The position numbers and the translations under genes are program-made. Shown here one piece after another: positions 41,201-53,515 of a stretch of 64,000 nucleotides of DNA; within the stretch, counting starts at the first letter, position 1, and the number at the start of each line of letters is the position of its first letter. The DNA comes from Hydrurus foetidus (Eukaryota). Where the stretch lies: positions 1-64,000 of the forward strand of contig UYFQ01000609.1 in the NCBI GenBank assembly GCA_900617105.1. The letters run 5' to 3'. The notes under the pieces were generated by a model, which was not told the origin of the DNA, did no database searches, and saw only the letters and a list, made by a program, of their open reading frames with translations.

Positions 41201-44200
41201 CATCTAAAATTGAATTTCATGAGTGTTACACTGCGGAGTGTCGAGCCCTCTTGTACATCACAATAAATTTCAACGATGACTTTTCAGTCTTCAAGTTTCT
41301 CTCCATTGTCAATTTAGCACTGATAACTGCAAAAAGAAGGTTTTTCATTGGGACACTTCACTTTACAACTAATGTAATATAATGTCTTGGAGACTGATCT
41401 GTTTAATTCCATTTCGTCGAATTCAACTTACTCATAATCGAGAAAAGTTAATTTAATTCAAGATTAATTAATGTACCTGTAAATAGTGCACGACCTCTTT
41501 GAAGGACAATCCGATGAGACCCCTCCCATATGACACTGAGTGGTGACATTGACGGGGACAGGAATGAAGAGAGTGATAAGGGCAGTGAGAGGGAATGTGA
41601 CAGAGAGTGATAGAGATACAGTGAATTGAGTGATAGACGGAATTGTCGTCAGAATAAACTGCATCGCATGACATACCGTCAATATGCTACTACGTCCATC
41701 AGGTCAAGGTAACTGACACCAGCACACTACGCACCGAACAATGCATCGCACAGCATTGTATGACAATCAATCCACGATATTGCACTACACCCCCTCATCA
41801 GTTGGCATACGTGCGTGGCGTAACGTACCTCCTACTCTCAGTAGTTGCAGTACGGACATCCCATCCGTTCCTTCCAGCCGTATCCGGAATCCATCCTATT
41901 TTGTACGGATTCAATATTGCAGAAGATAGCAGCACGAATGTAAATGAGATGAAGTAAGATGAGGAGAAGTGAGATGAATTGAGATAGGATGAGATGGAGT
42001 GAGATCAAGTGGAATAGAAAAGAGAAAGAAGGGCAAAAGGAGAGGAAAAGGGTGAGATCTGATGGAAGTAGGGAAGAGGACAGGAGGAAAGAAGTAACAG
42101 AAGAAAAAGTAGAATAAAATCGAAAACAAAAAACTTCAAGGGAATGAGTAGGATCAAGGGAGTGAGTGACATAGAGAACAGTAGTGCGTGCGTGTGAATA
42201 ATAAGTACGTATCTCATCAAAAAGAGTCGTGTCATAAAATGAAGTCGTGTCATAAAATTTTGGATGAAGGGGACTACATTAGTAATTGCTATGATGAATA
42301 ATCGATGAGAAGGTCTAATTACGCTGACATACGCGGTAGGTAACTTGTCGATTCAAGCATCAATCAACCAACAAAATTGACAAGAATCAGGGAGATGTAA
42401 CAATTCAGACTCTGCAACCGCTCTTCAGGTATACGGAGATTAGGACGTACCGGAAATAATATCGTACTGCGAACTTCAACTTCAACTTCAACAGGATCGG
42501 GGAATGGTAGAGTGCTGAACTGGGAGAGAGGGAGGGATATGGGATCCAATCCAGACACTGATCGACGGATGCTGCAGATGATGAGAAGGGGTGACGAGAG
42601 TGCATTGCTGTCAGTCAGAAAACTGCATTCTGAAGAACAGCCATCACAATTGTCGATTATAACATGACGGTGATTACAATAGTGTCAAAAAAATTTGTTC
42701 ACTTAATTTTGTAATTGTTCACTTAATTTTGTGAAAGCTGAGTATGATGAACATGAACAAAGCCTCGACATCAATTTCTAATATCTACATCCTCTTTATT
42801 CAATAAGCAACCATCCCGCCATATTGTACAGACACACTTACACCACACAAACGCGTACGCACCTAGGCCTATCGAATAAAAAGGACCGTCTGGACGGTTT
42901 AACCCCCGAGAATGACGATTGTTTCCTGATGGCTTTTATGCCACTAAAGCCCGCTGCCGATTCTTTTTGCACTTCAAGTATCTTGGCGAATTTTATCCGG
43001 AGATAAACGGGGAAGGAATTGATCCCTAAAGGGGGTGCATGATAAATAGTGTTTTTCAAAGGACTTTCCTCATGGAACTGATAGCTATCTGTTAAATTAG
43101 TCGATTGCTTTATGTAGATATCAGTCGTACAGATAGGGTCACAAGCGAAGCATGAGGTATCAAGTCATGCACAACACATTAAACACTAAGCGAAGGAGTT
43201 GCTGCGACTCTTTTATTGCTTTATCCGACTATACTCAATTTGAAACGGAATCATCTTGACAGATCACGATAGCGCTTACGTTATTTGGTGTTAATCTTAT
43301 CTTATCTTGTCTTATCTTATCTTATCTTATCTTACTTATCTGATCTGATCTGATCTCATCTCATCTCATCTCATCTCATGTTATCTTATCTCATCTTATC
43401 TTATCTTATCTTATCTCATCTTATCTTATCTTATCTTATCTTATCTTATCTTATCTTATCTTATCTTATCTTATCTCTATCTCATGTTATCTTATCTTAT
43501 CTTATCTTATCTCATCTTATCTTATCTTATCTTATCTTATCATATCTCATCTCATGTTATCTTATCTCATCTTATTTTATCTTATCTTATCTTACTTATC
43601 TTATCTTATCTTATCTTACTTATCTTATCTTATCTTATCTTGTCTTATCTTATCTTATCGCATGTCATCTTATCTTATCTCATGTTATCTCATCTCATTT
43701 CATCTCATCTCATTCTTTATTTTACACTATACACTCAAAGTTCTATCAAAATCGTATCAAAATTGTATACGTACGTTCACCAACCTATGAAATCAATTTG
43801 TTCTGGAAGAAGTGTAACGTCTCTCGGCTTCATCGCTTTCTCGTAAGAAGCCTTGCAGTACTCAATGACTTGTACCAGACTTCTGTGCTTAACACTGTGT
43901 TGAAACATAAATAAGAATTAACAAGATGTAGCACTGTTGAAGGGATATTGAATAAGTGCTGATAAGATGTATGAAGTCATATCATATACATAATATCCAT
44001 CAATACTGCATCGAATAATGCTAATAAGACATGTTTGAAATCATGCAGTTTCAAAGAGGTTCATCTGATGGCGCTTCCATTATATTTGCTGCTGATTAGG
44101 AAAGTACTTCTAACTTGCAGTAATCATTGTCGATCATTAAAATCACTCTAAAACGCAGATTGTGTAAGTATCAAGGCACTGACGTAGCATTTGAAGAGAG

Positions 44201-44311
44201 GAATAAATCGTGCGCAATGATACTTTCAATCGAAAATAAAAAATAACCAATGGAACAACTTTTACAGCACAACACCCCCCCTCCAATACAAATAGACAAA
44301 AAGTACAGAAA

Positions 44312-44364
<53 letters not shown>

Positions 44365-45245
44365 ATTAATCAATTGACTAGTAATACAAGTAGAATATAT
44401 ATAATCCACTTCAAAACGTCAAATTAACGCACCTAGAAAAGGCTCCTTTCACTGGCTGTAAATCCCTCATCGCTAGTTCAAACAAAGCAGAAGCATTTTG
44501 TCCCTTTAATTTGTTGGAATTTAAGAGGTCCAAGATCTTTTTTTCTTCCTCCAAATATCCTGAGAGACAATTGGCACGATCTGCTGCTAGGTGCAGCATT
44601 TCTTTTGCCGCCTGTAAGTACGTACGTGTTCGTATTTTTGTTTGTAAGTGCGTGTGTTGTTCATGTGCGATGTGCGTCTGTGTATTCATATGGCGTGTGT
44701 GTGTGTGTGTGTGTGTGTGTTCATAAGTATGTCTGTGACATGATGTGTGTTTGCATATCTGAGTAGTGAAACGGCTACAAAAGGTAGGATAGACTCAAGT
44801 GTCGATTCTGACATCATCGTACCATTCTTCAACCTCGAAAACACACAGCTTTCCTACAGTGCTTACGTACGCACGTACCTCCCTTGGATCTATAGGAAAC
44901 ACAGCGTTTTTCAATTTCTCTAGAGTGACGTACTTCTCATCTCTGGAATCTTCGACATTATTTAGTTCTTCAGTCAGCTCTGTATCGTGTACAAGTGTGC
45001 AGCCTGGAGAGGAGGAGAGACATACTCTGATTGCAGCTATTCTCAGAGATACGTCAGCATCTTCCTCTGTGTACTGAAGCCTCCTAATGGAGTGTATTTG
45101 ATGAAAGGGTAGATGGTAGTCAACTTTGTCAGAGTAGAGAAAGAGAGGGAGACAGAGAGGGAACCAGATAGAGAGACAGAGAAAGAGGGAATAAGAATGA
45201 GAGAGAGAGAGAGAGAGAATGAGGAAGAGAGAGGGACAGAAAGAA

Positions 45246-45322
<77 letters not shown>

Positions 45323-47299
45323 TGTCGAGCACCCTTGTGTGAGTCAAAGCATGAATAAATCTTAGAAATTCTGAACTTGTAATCAGTAGATGCACTTGTG
45401 GAAGAGACAAAGTACAGGGCTACACACCCTAACCAACAGAAATTACCAGCAAGAGAAAGCACAAAATTTTGCCTTTTTGTCTGAGGAAAAAAAATGCACT
45501 AGAATAAAACAGATTACAAAATATGATGCACTGGAAAAATTGATGCCTGAAAGATTTCATATTAGGCTTGGGAACATTTTTTCTTACTTGAATAAATCCC
45601 ATATTTCAGTGTGTGTTACTCGGACATCAGAAGAGCACAGAAATCCTGTCAACTCCGCCAATTCCATGCAAAGTCCTACGGGCGCAAGAGACGTCATTGG
45701 TCTGGAATCTGGATCCAAGGTCTGCGATGCATTTGCCTTTTTCTGTTCGTTTTTTAGTAGAGCATTCCTCCTGTTCGTTGCTCTGTTGAACTGTACGGTA
45801 CGGTAATGGGGAAAATGTCAATAATGTGATACTGTTGCAATGGCTAGAAAAAATCGTTTATCTTTCGTTCCTACATTTGTAGAAGCGATTCGTACTTTTG
45901 ATGTGCTTTAGAATAAATAATAATTCAAGAAAATAGTTCTCCATAACTCAAAAAAAGAATGGTAAAAACATTTCCGCGAACAATATGGCAACACGATACG
46001 ATACGATACGATACGATATGATACGATACAATACGACACAGCACAGCACACGACAGCACATCGTACACATAGCACACGACAGCACAGCACACCACACAGC
46101 ACACGACAGCACAGCACACCACACAGCACAAGACAGCACAGCAAAACTCGACAAAGCACACTGAACCTGATGTTCTAGAAAGCTCCAAGCCACCATTATC
46201 TTCCGGTAAGTGTTACCGCACAAGAATCGACTTAATTCATCCAACTTCTTCACTGCTTCTCTCTGCGGTAACTGTGTATTGATATCTACACCGACCCTGC
46301 TATCAGAGCTGACAGCACTTAGAGCGTTTTCTCTTGTTAGGAAAGGTGCGTACTCTTCTGTAGTGATGTACGTAGCTGTTCTGGGACGCAGTGGCGCATC
46401 TGATAGGAACATGTAGGAACAGAACAGTCATATTTGTTAGTCATTTTTAGAGGGCACAGTCATAACTTCTAAATGGGCTAAGAAAGACTCGCAATCTTGC
46501 GCACACCACGGAACAATTTGGTTTGTCGCCACATAAACATGTCCCAATACTCACAATACTATTCGGCCTATCTAGCACACGCTCACTACCGTATGAAATA
46601 AAATATAATATAATATTCGCATGCGTATCAGTAACAAAGGGACAGCATCAAACCTTACCAGCATCAGTCTCCGGATATTCTTCTTCTGAATCTTGCTCGG
46701 AATCTTCCGCAGAATCGCAATTGTCAGCACTATATTGAGGATCAATTTTTCGCAACTTTGACCGCACAGCTAGACTTCGAGAATACTGAGTATTCTCCTC
46801 GCGATTTATCATTGTAAGGGATGGATTTTCGTTCGACCAGAATGGTCCTTTAGGTAAATTATCGTCCACTGTTATATAGAAGAGTCATAAAATGATTGAT
46901 ATTTTAATGATAGGAAGACTTGTGAAGGCAGAACATCAAAATAACATATCGGAATTAAAAAAAAATTGGACTGTGTGATTGGGATTTGTTTTCACTCATT
47001 TTGTGCAGCTTGATAAACTCTCAAAAGATGATTCAGATTGCCCACAAGGAACAAGTTAAAGCCACTGTCAGAAGCCTACTGAAGCGCTTACCGTGTACAT
47101 AACTCTCATTCAATTTCCCTTCCTCACTTGACACCGTGGAGTCAGTTACAATCGAATCTATCGGTAAATTTGATTCTACGGCGGTTGAAGGCGCTAATTT
47201 AGAGTCATCTACAATGTCCTGTAGTGCCTTTTCTAGCATGATAAGCTCATTGAAAGCTTTCTCATTATCCAGGTGAACAAGTTCTAGAGAATTCTTCAT
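23213..47299 (-). CDS. very large multi-exon locus (one gene or possibly 2-3): coiled-coil/low-complexity protein with IQ motif, Sfi1-like W-repeats and a jacalin-like beta domain
   Basis: About 40 minus-strand exon-like segments with GT-AG borders, separated by microsatellite-rich introns. ATG at 47299. IQ-like AATRLQAIIRGFMRGWKY (~41080); repeated F/V..W[RK] motifs (40800-41000, ~40145, ~38880, ~31640, ~31150); beta-rich GLVGWQLIW / IGLEYLY / FVIGLSGIFTGTKLTSLGLV (28350-29940). Exon joins not fully verified. Confidence 0.45.
25707..26000. repeat. compound pentanucleotide microsatellite (GATAC)n-(AATAC)n-(ATCAC)n, intronic
   Basis: Directly visible; source of the spurious ITSHH/IQYNT ORFs. 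Confidence 0.95.
38611..38700. repeat. (AACAC)n/(AACAT)n pentanucleotide microsatellite
   Basis: Directly visible. Confidence 0.9.
43296..43712. repeat. degenerate (TCTTA)n/(TCTCA)n pentanucleotide microsatellite
   Basis: Directly visible; source of the LILSY ORFs. Confidence 0.93.
45199..45318. repeat. (AG)n microsatellite
   Basis: Directly visible. Confidence 0.9.
45993..46142. repeat. compound (GATAC)n-(AGCAC)n microsatellite
   Basis: Directly visible. Confidence 0.85.
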
Positions 47300-47692
47300 T
47301 TCTTATCCGAGTTTCAGTTGACTGAAGAGAGGCAATTTGTCATTTCTCAACTAGCTCGAAATGTCTTTAGTACCCCATTAGACAGGATTGTGTAAAAGAT
47401 TACATCGAACGGAGTTGGACGTGCTAGAACCTATTTTGGACACAATTTCTGAAGAATTGACTTCTTACGCGCACATGTTGACAACAAGATCGCAATGCGC
47501 AGATTGGCCTATCGTTTGCTCTCAAGGCAGCTAGAGCTCTCTTGAGAATGATGCTCTTGTAAAGCTTGCTTTCAGTTTCCCTGAATAACATCTAGCAGAG
47601 CAGCCTAGCACGTAAATATAGCACACACACACACACACACGTCACACACGTTACATTTCCCACTTCGATCGCACGTACAAATGTACTGCTAG

Positions 47693-47870
47693 CCAAATAC
47701 CAAATACCAAATACCAAATACCAAATACCAAATACCAAATACCAAATACCAAATACCAAATACCAAATACCAAATACCAAATACCAAATACCAAATACCA
47801 AATACCAAATACCAAATACCAAATACCAAATACCAAATACCAAATACCAAATACCAAATACCAAATACCA
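47693..47870. repeat. perfect heptamer array (CCAAATA)~25
   Basis: 178 bp of uninterrupted CCAAATA units. Confidence 0.97.
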
Positions 47871-47911
47871 TCAGAATTTGGCGACTACAAACGACAGAAG
47901 AGAATACCTTA

Positions 47912-48132
47912 GGCCGCTCCTTATGCGCACCGGTTTTCGGCAAAGTTGGAATCGGTTTTCAATTAAATTTCCGACCGACCCAAGGTTTTCCGATTTTTTC
48001 GATTTCCGACAGCGTTTCGATCGGATTTTTGGACGATTTTCCGACCGAAACGCTGTCGGAAATCGAAAATTGGAAATTTAATTGAAAACCGATTCCGACT
48101 TTGCCGAAAACCGGCGCGCATGAGGAGCGGCC
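47912..48132. mobile_element. MITE, PIF/Harbinger (Tourist)-like, 221 bp
   Basis: ~60-bp terminal inverted repeats GGCCGCTCCT..ATGCGC.CCGGTTTTCGGCAAAG..GGAATCGGTTTTCAATTAAATTTCC; TTA on both flanks (47909-47911, 48133-48135); a second internal inverted repeat at ~48000-48065; no coding capacity. Confidence 0.85.
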
Positions 48133-48500
48133 TTATGTATTTGCACAGTATAATATTGTTATGGTCCGAAGAAAGTGGCCATCTTGCAGCTGATGGGTCT
48201 TTCCAATCAAGGCATTCAACGGGGTTGCGTATTGGCTGCAAGCCTCCTTGGAATCCATTTCGCGCTGTCTGGCGTAATGAATCACTACAGTAGCCAGTCA
48301 ACGAATAGAGTTAGTGGTAGCGACGCTACGGAAGTCGATGTAAAAACAATTAAGTCGCAGTCATCCAGATCCAGCCACGGTACAAAGTGGACTGAAAAAT
48401 AGATGCTGATCAGGAACTAAATCATCATTCTGATCTCGATTCTTTGATCCGCTAAGTGAACTGGAACTGGTGAGTTCGGTGACCAACTGTGACCATCAGC

Positions 48501-50464
48501 ATGCCTGAAACGAACGAGCTCGGCGTAAAATTGGGGCTATTTTTTGGCTATGGATATTACTCTCTTTTGAGGAAATCATTTTCTGTCGCTGTGCCCTTCA
48601 TGAGGACCTCGTTAGGTCTTAGCAAAACGGATGTTGGCAATATTGCAACAAGCTTTTCCGTAGCTTACGGTTTGAGTAAGTTCCTAGGCGGAGTTGGAAG
48701 TGATTACTTTCCACCTGATGCGCTATTCGCGGTCGGTCTATTTCTCGCTGGGCTTTCTAATTTCGTATTTTCCATGTCAACAAACATGACCTCTTTATGC
48801 GTTATGTGGTTTCTAAACGGAATGGTACAAGGTATGATTTTAATCACAGAAGTCCAATGCAACCCGCCTTTCAAAGGGTGGGCGATTGCAATTAATAAGA
48901 TACTGAATAGATGGAAACGCAAGTAAATCCTCATCTTAGTTAATTTTACTCAGGACTTGGTTGGCCTGCATTATCTCAAATAGTAACGAATAATGTGCAT
49001 CCATCGCGGGCTGGAACCACCTGGTCAATACTCATCAGTGTAAGAGTACCTTTAGCGCAATTGAATTCTATACAACATGCAAGCTATTTACCTAAGGACA
49101 TGTTGGTGGATTAAATGATTTCACTTTTCAAGTGATCCACTATGAATATTTAGGGAGGTAATCTAGGCTACTTACTCGGTCCGTTCTTACTATTACCGCT
49201 TACAAAATTCGGATGGAAGGTATGGTCGAGATTGAAGTTGTGAGCAATGAGAATTCCTTCATAATGACCCTGCTCCTTTTCCTTCACAATTTCCGTTTTC
49301 CAATATACGAAAATAGATGCCTTTTCGTATCTGTGGAACAATAGGAATGCTACTATCCTGCCTCGTTTACTTAGTGCTATCTGCATGCAGTCATAACGGT
49401 GGCCGTGGAATCATCAGTACGGAGTCGTCTCTAGGAAAAAAAGATAATACGAAAAGAGAAAAGACTGACTCTACAGAGACCAGTGATCCCATTATCAAGA
49501 ACGGAAGCTCTCCGAATTCTGTGAATGTTGTATTGGAACGAGTACTGCGAGATAATGAGAAATTGAATGAAAAGAACAATTTTAGAGTAGATGTGAAAAA
49601 AGATTCAAAATCTCGTGCCCTTTTGAAGTGCACCAGATCTGTCAACCTGTGGCTCTTGATGATAGTAGGAGGGCTAACAACATTCGTGCTGAAAAGCATG
49701 GCCGATTGGACAGGGCTCTTCTTGATCGAATACTGTGGACTCAGTATATCTTACTCAACAGAACTGATGATTTGGAATGAGATAGGGGGCATGGTGGGAA
49801 CATTGCTGTGTGGGGTACTATCAGACTTCCTAGGGGGTAGGAAGTACCTGACATTATCCATATTCGTAGCTATTTGCGTTCCAGCTATAGCATTCTTTCC
49901 TACCAATGCCGCATTGCAGAACGCTTCTTCAACAACGGAAAACTTCTTAGGCTTTGGCGCATTGTATAACGTCATACTTCAAGATGGAATATCAACAAAA
50001 TTTACAATTCTCTTGATAAGTGAGACTCGATTGCTTTACCGAGCTCTCTTGGAGAAATTTTCCGGTTCTTTAGGATTATCGAGAATTTGTTTATTTTTCA
50101 TGGGATTTGGTATTAATGGACCTAAAACTCTTTTGGGCGTAATGGTACGTGATCTTGTTCCTCGGGAAGTTTCTGGCACAATCGGGGGAATATTTGGTCT
50201 AGTAGGTCAGCTTGGCGCATCAGCATCAGGAGTCGGTGAGTCGTACTTCTCGTATACGTACAGTCGTTGTATTCCCAATATTCATACTCTAACGCCTTCG
50301 ATTGTATTTTGTTAGGCTTAGGATTCGTACTTGAAGTCTATGGGTGGCAGACATTCATGAGTTTTCTGTTCTACGGAATCATAGCAATGGCCGTATGCCT
50401 CATCGTGCCAGTAGTGACGTTGAATTCTTCCCATGAAAAAACGTTTAAGACAAAGGATGATTAG
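48501..50464 (+). CDS. MFS organophosphate:Pi antiporter (UhpC/GlpT/SLC37-like sugar-phosphate transporter), 5 exons (48501-48831, 48954-49039, ~49153-49218, 49317-50235, ~50316-50464)
   Basis: GY..Y.L.RKSFS.A.P..AYG.SKF.GG..SD..W.LNG..QG|LGWP..G..W....S|GGN.G..DW..FL..E.GG..G....G..SD..INGP..G..GG..G..G. Confidence 0.88.
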
Positions 50465-50838
50465 TCAAACTAGCAAGCCTTCATTAAATCAGCCCTAAAG
50501 AGAAACTGACTATTATGGCCTCCTTACAAATGACTTATTTGCTTAAATTAATCGGGTTTCTGTCTGTTGACTGCACAAAATTGTTCTCTGATGTAACCAA
50601 TTCAGTTGTGCTCACAATTAGTCGCACATGAATGTCGCACTGCACATTTGACTACATCATCCATGTAAAGAAGAGATGATATCTAAAAAGAAACTGTAAG
50701 CCTAAATTTACATGGTTGGCCTAAAGGAGATAGGAATAAGTGATCTGGAATGTAAAACTTGTTAATACAATTCCCAGATACGATTGCTCGATGAGGCAGC
50801 TACAACTGATCTAGTTCCTTGCAGTATTGACTCTATAA

Positions 50839-51675
50839 TCACCAGGAGTCGTATAAAGTTTTCGCTCCGAAAGCGTCTCGTTTCATAATTTGCTTCTCCA
50901 TTTTGTAAGGAATTCCATCACGGTTCCCAATTATTTGCTTACCAGCTGCCGTGTATACCCGATCATTGATCCAAAGGGCATTCTTCCAGAGCTTTAATTC
51001 ATCTTTGATTACTAGCTCAAGATCTGGTTTCGTAAGAGAGCATAGTCTACACTCACCATTAACTAATATTCCCTTGTAGGACGATAAAGATTTCGTCCAC
51101 ACGACATCGCAACCTTGTAAGTATTCGAAGTCTGTTTCAATATCAGGAAGCAGCGTGTCCGAGATTTTGTACGATAACCGCTTGAGTTTTTCTTCAGTCT
51201 CAAGAAGTGGCCTATATAATTTCATAATGATGTTTTTCCCGCCGCTTTTTTCATCATTCTTTACAAATTCGTAAAATCGGTAGCGGAAAGTCCTTGAGAT
51301 ATCGTTCTCGAAATAATAGGATGCAATAACGATATTGCCTATGGTGGGATGTTGTTTAATTCTCGCAGAGACATATTCATGGCCACCGTCCTGTGCAGTG
51401 TATTTCCCAGCAGCTGCAGCAGAGGCAGCCTGCTTTCTATTGTCGTAAAGGCCTGTTATCCAGTTCCTACATTCTGCAGTATCAAATAGAGAAAATCAGC
51501 AGTGCTTTAGATCATGAGCGTTACGTATCAAGTACAGAAATATACCTAATGGGCTTCCATATTGAGCGCTTTTGACCCAGTTACTCATTTTCGAGAAAAC
51601 TGACATACTGACAGAAGGAGTTATCGAAAATAAAATCGCGAAAGCGATCAGCATTTTTCTGTCGAATGAAACCAT
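50839..51675 (-). CDS. CpcT/CpeT (T-type bilin lyase) / CRUMPLED LEAF-like protein with N-terminal signal peptide, 2 exons (51675-51546, 51473-50839)
   Basis: Spliced product MVSFDRKMLIAFAILFSITPSVSMSVF..PL|ECRNWITGLYDNRKQA..GGHEYV..FRYRFYEF..YL.GCDV.W..YKG..C..DE..L..LWINDR.Y..G..IIGN..PY follows the CpcT pattern W..G.F.N..QA / PYR.R / L.GC / DRG / WG..PF. Confidence 0.68.
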
Positions 51676-51989
51676 GGCAGTAGATTTTGGGGCGTCCGTA
51701 AATTTGAAAATCGAGTGCAGGAATTATGGTAACTTTTAAAGTTGTTGTCTGTTCCCGACAGCATTCCCAATTCTGATTCTTATAGAGTTGTTGGGTTTCA
51801 GAGAACTTGCCAAGTCCAGAAGACCACGAAGTCACAAAACCACAACCCTCTCTTATCTCCGGCCATGGTGCGGTACATACGCACTGTGGTGTAGTGTAGT
51901 ACGTATGGAGGAGTACGTAACACATAATCCGATACCGTAGTGGCATTCGAGAGGAATGATTTCAAAGGGCCAATTATATTTACCCCCTA

Positions 51990-52081
51990 GGCGGCGGAGT
52001 GCTGTCTAGAATAAGCACGTCATGGTCAAAACCGAAAAGGGGGGGGGATGACGTGCTTATTCTAGACAGCACTCCGCCGCC
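51990..52081. repeat. perfect 34-bp inverted repeat with 24-nt spacer (possible collapsed MITE/foldback element)
   Basis: GGCGGCGGAGTGCTGTCTAGAATAAGCACGTCAT (51990-52023) and its exact reverse complement (52048-52081). Confidence 0.9.
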
Positions 52082-52828
52082 CTGTCGGCTGAATTAGAGT
52101 CTAATTCTCGACAGAAACGCCACGTCTCCCAGCTTTTCTGCGGTGCAGACGACAACATGGCTCACTCTAGATTGTGAGCTAAGTGTTTTAATGGGAACTT
52201 CCGTGAATCTCTGGGTTGTGAGCTACTACTGTAGATAAATAGTGACACTAACACCAGCAAAATGTATGGCTAATAACTCGCTCCTTAATGGCGACTCGAT
52301 TCGTAAAGTAATTTTTTCATGAAAGTTGTTTTAAATCAAACATAATTGACGCAACAAAGTTAAATCTTTTGCTGTAGCCAACCATTCCGACCATCTTTAA
52401 TACTTGCCATGGGGAACACTCCATGTAAGTTATCAGTAAAATTCAACCGATTTTTTGTGAACTTATGCGGGATTTGTAAGCTGATAATACCGGAATAGTA
52501 TTATAGACAGGAATTTTTCGAGATCGGTTGTTGAAATGCAATGCGTACGTACGCACTGAACATTCACTCTAACAGATACCGTGCAACTCAAGATATCGTA
52601 CGGGTACTGGGTCACCAGTCGGTGACCAACACCGTACGGTACGTAGCCGTTTTGCCGTTTTGTGTTTTGTGTCTCAACTCTCAACCCTGCGCATCTCAAC
52701 TGTACGATTCGATTGCGCATCTCATCTCCGATCGATCACAGACAGTTCCATCTTATCGTGAAAGTGTAATACAACAATCGAACATAGCTTGTCAATTGAT
52801 CCCCCAACAGTTAATATAAGCAACTACC

Positions 52829-53515
52829 ATGGCGGGTGAGGACGAGCTGTCTGATGAACAGCTGAAAGCTCTGTACGCTTGGATCGACGCTATACCTCTT
52901 AGTCGACCGAAAAGAAATATAGCGCGGGACTTCAGCGATGGTGTTTTGTTTGCCGAGGTGGTCGCAGCTTACTTCCCGCTTTTAGTAGAGCTGCATAATT
53001 ACACCCCCGCTAACTCTATGAAGCAGAAAGTGTACAATTTTGAGACGTTAAATACTCGTGTACTCAGAAAAATTAATTACTGTATACCTCGACCATCGAT
53101 TGAAGAAATAGTCAATGGCAGACCAGGATCAGTCGAAATTGTTTTAAATGCACTGCAATTTAAGATGGCAAAATACCGAGAGAAAAAGAATTCAACTGAT
53201 TCACCCCCCGACTCTCCAAGTAGATCTCAAATTAGAGATGAAGGTTACGCTAATGTGTCAACATCAAGACCTCCAGTAAAAGCGCCTACTTCAGGTAGCC
53301 GCATTGGAGCCAAGGGTGGTAATGATGTGTCGTCAAGTCAATTTGGTGGGAGAAATAATGTTATGGCGTCAGTGGATGAAGAAATACTAATCGAGAAGGA
53401 GCAGCAGATACGAGAGCTGCAGGAGACTGTCGAAATACTGGAACTCAAAATCGCCAAATTGGAGCAGTTGGTCAGGCTTAAGGATAATAAAATTGGAAAG
53501 CTACTGCAACGGTAG
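52829..53515 (+). CDS. SPEF1: sperm flagellar protein 1 (SPEF1/CLAMP), intronless
   Basis: N-terminal CH domain LYAWIDAIPLSRPKRNIARDFSDG..VELHNY.PANS..QK..N..TLN; C-terminal coiled coil EKEQQI.ELQETVEILELKIAKLEQLVRLKD.KI. Confidence 0.95.
   Translation: MAGEDELSDEQLKALYAWIDAIPLSRPKRNIARDFSDGVLFAEVVAAYFPLLVELHNYTPANSMKQKVYNFETLNTRVLRKINYCIPRPSIEEIVNGRPGSVEIVLNALQFKMAKYREKKNSTDSPPDSPSRSQIRDEGYANVSTSRPPVKAPTSGSRIGAKGGNDVSSSQFGGRNNVMASVDEEILIEKEQQIRELQETVEILELKIAKLEQLVRLKDNKIGKLLQR

Noticed and set aside
43378..43914. LILSY-repeat membrane-like ORFs
   Set aside because: Translation of the (TCTTA)n microsatellite.
47592..47943. VFGIWYL-repeat ORFs; true telomere
   Set aside because: Translation of (TATTTGG)n in all three frames. 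The array is interstitial and lacks a GGG telomeric motif.
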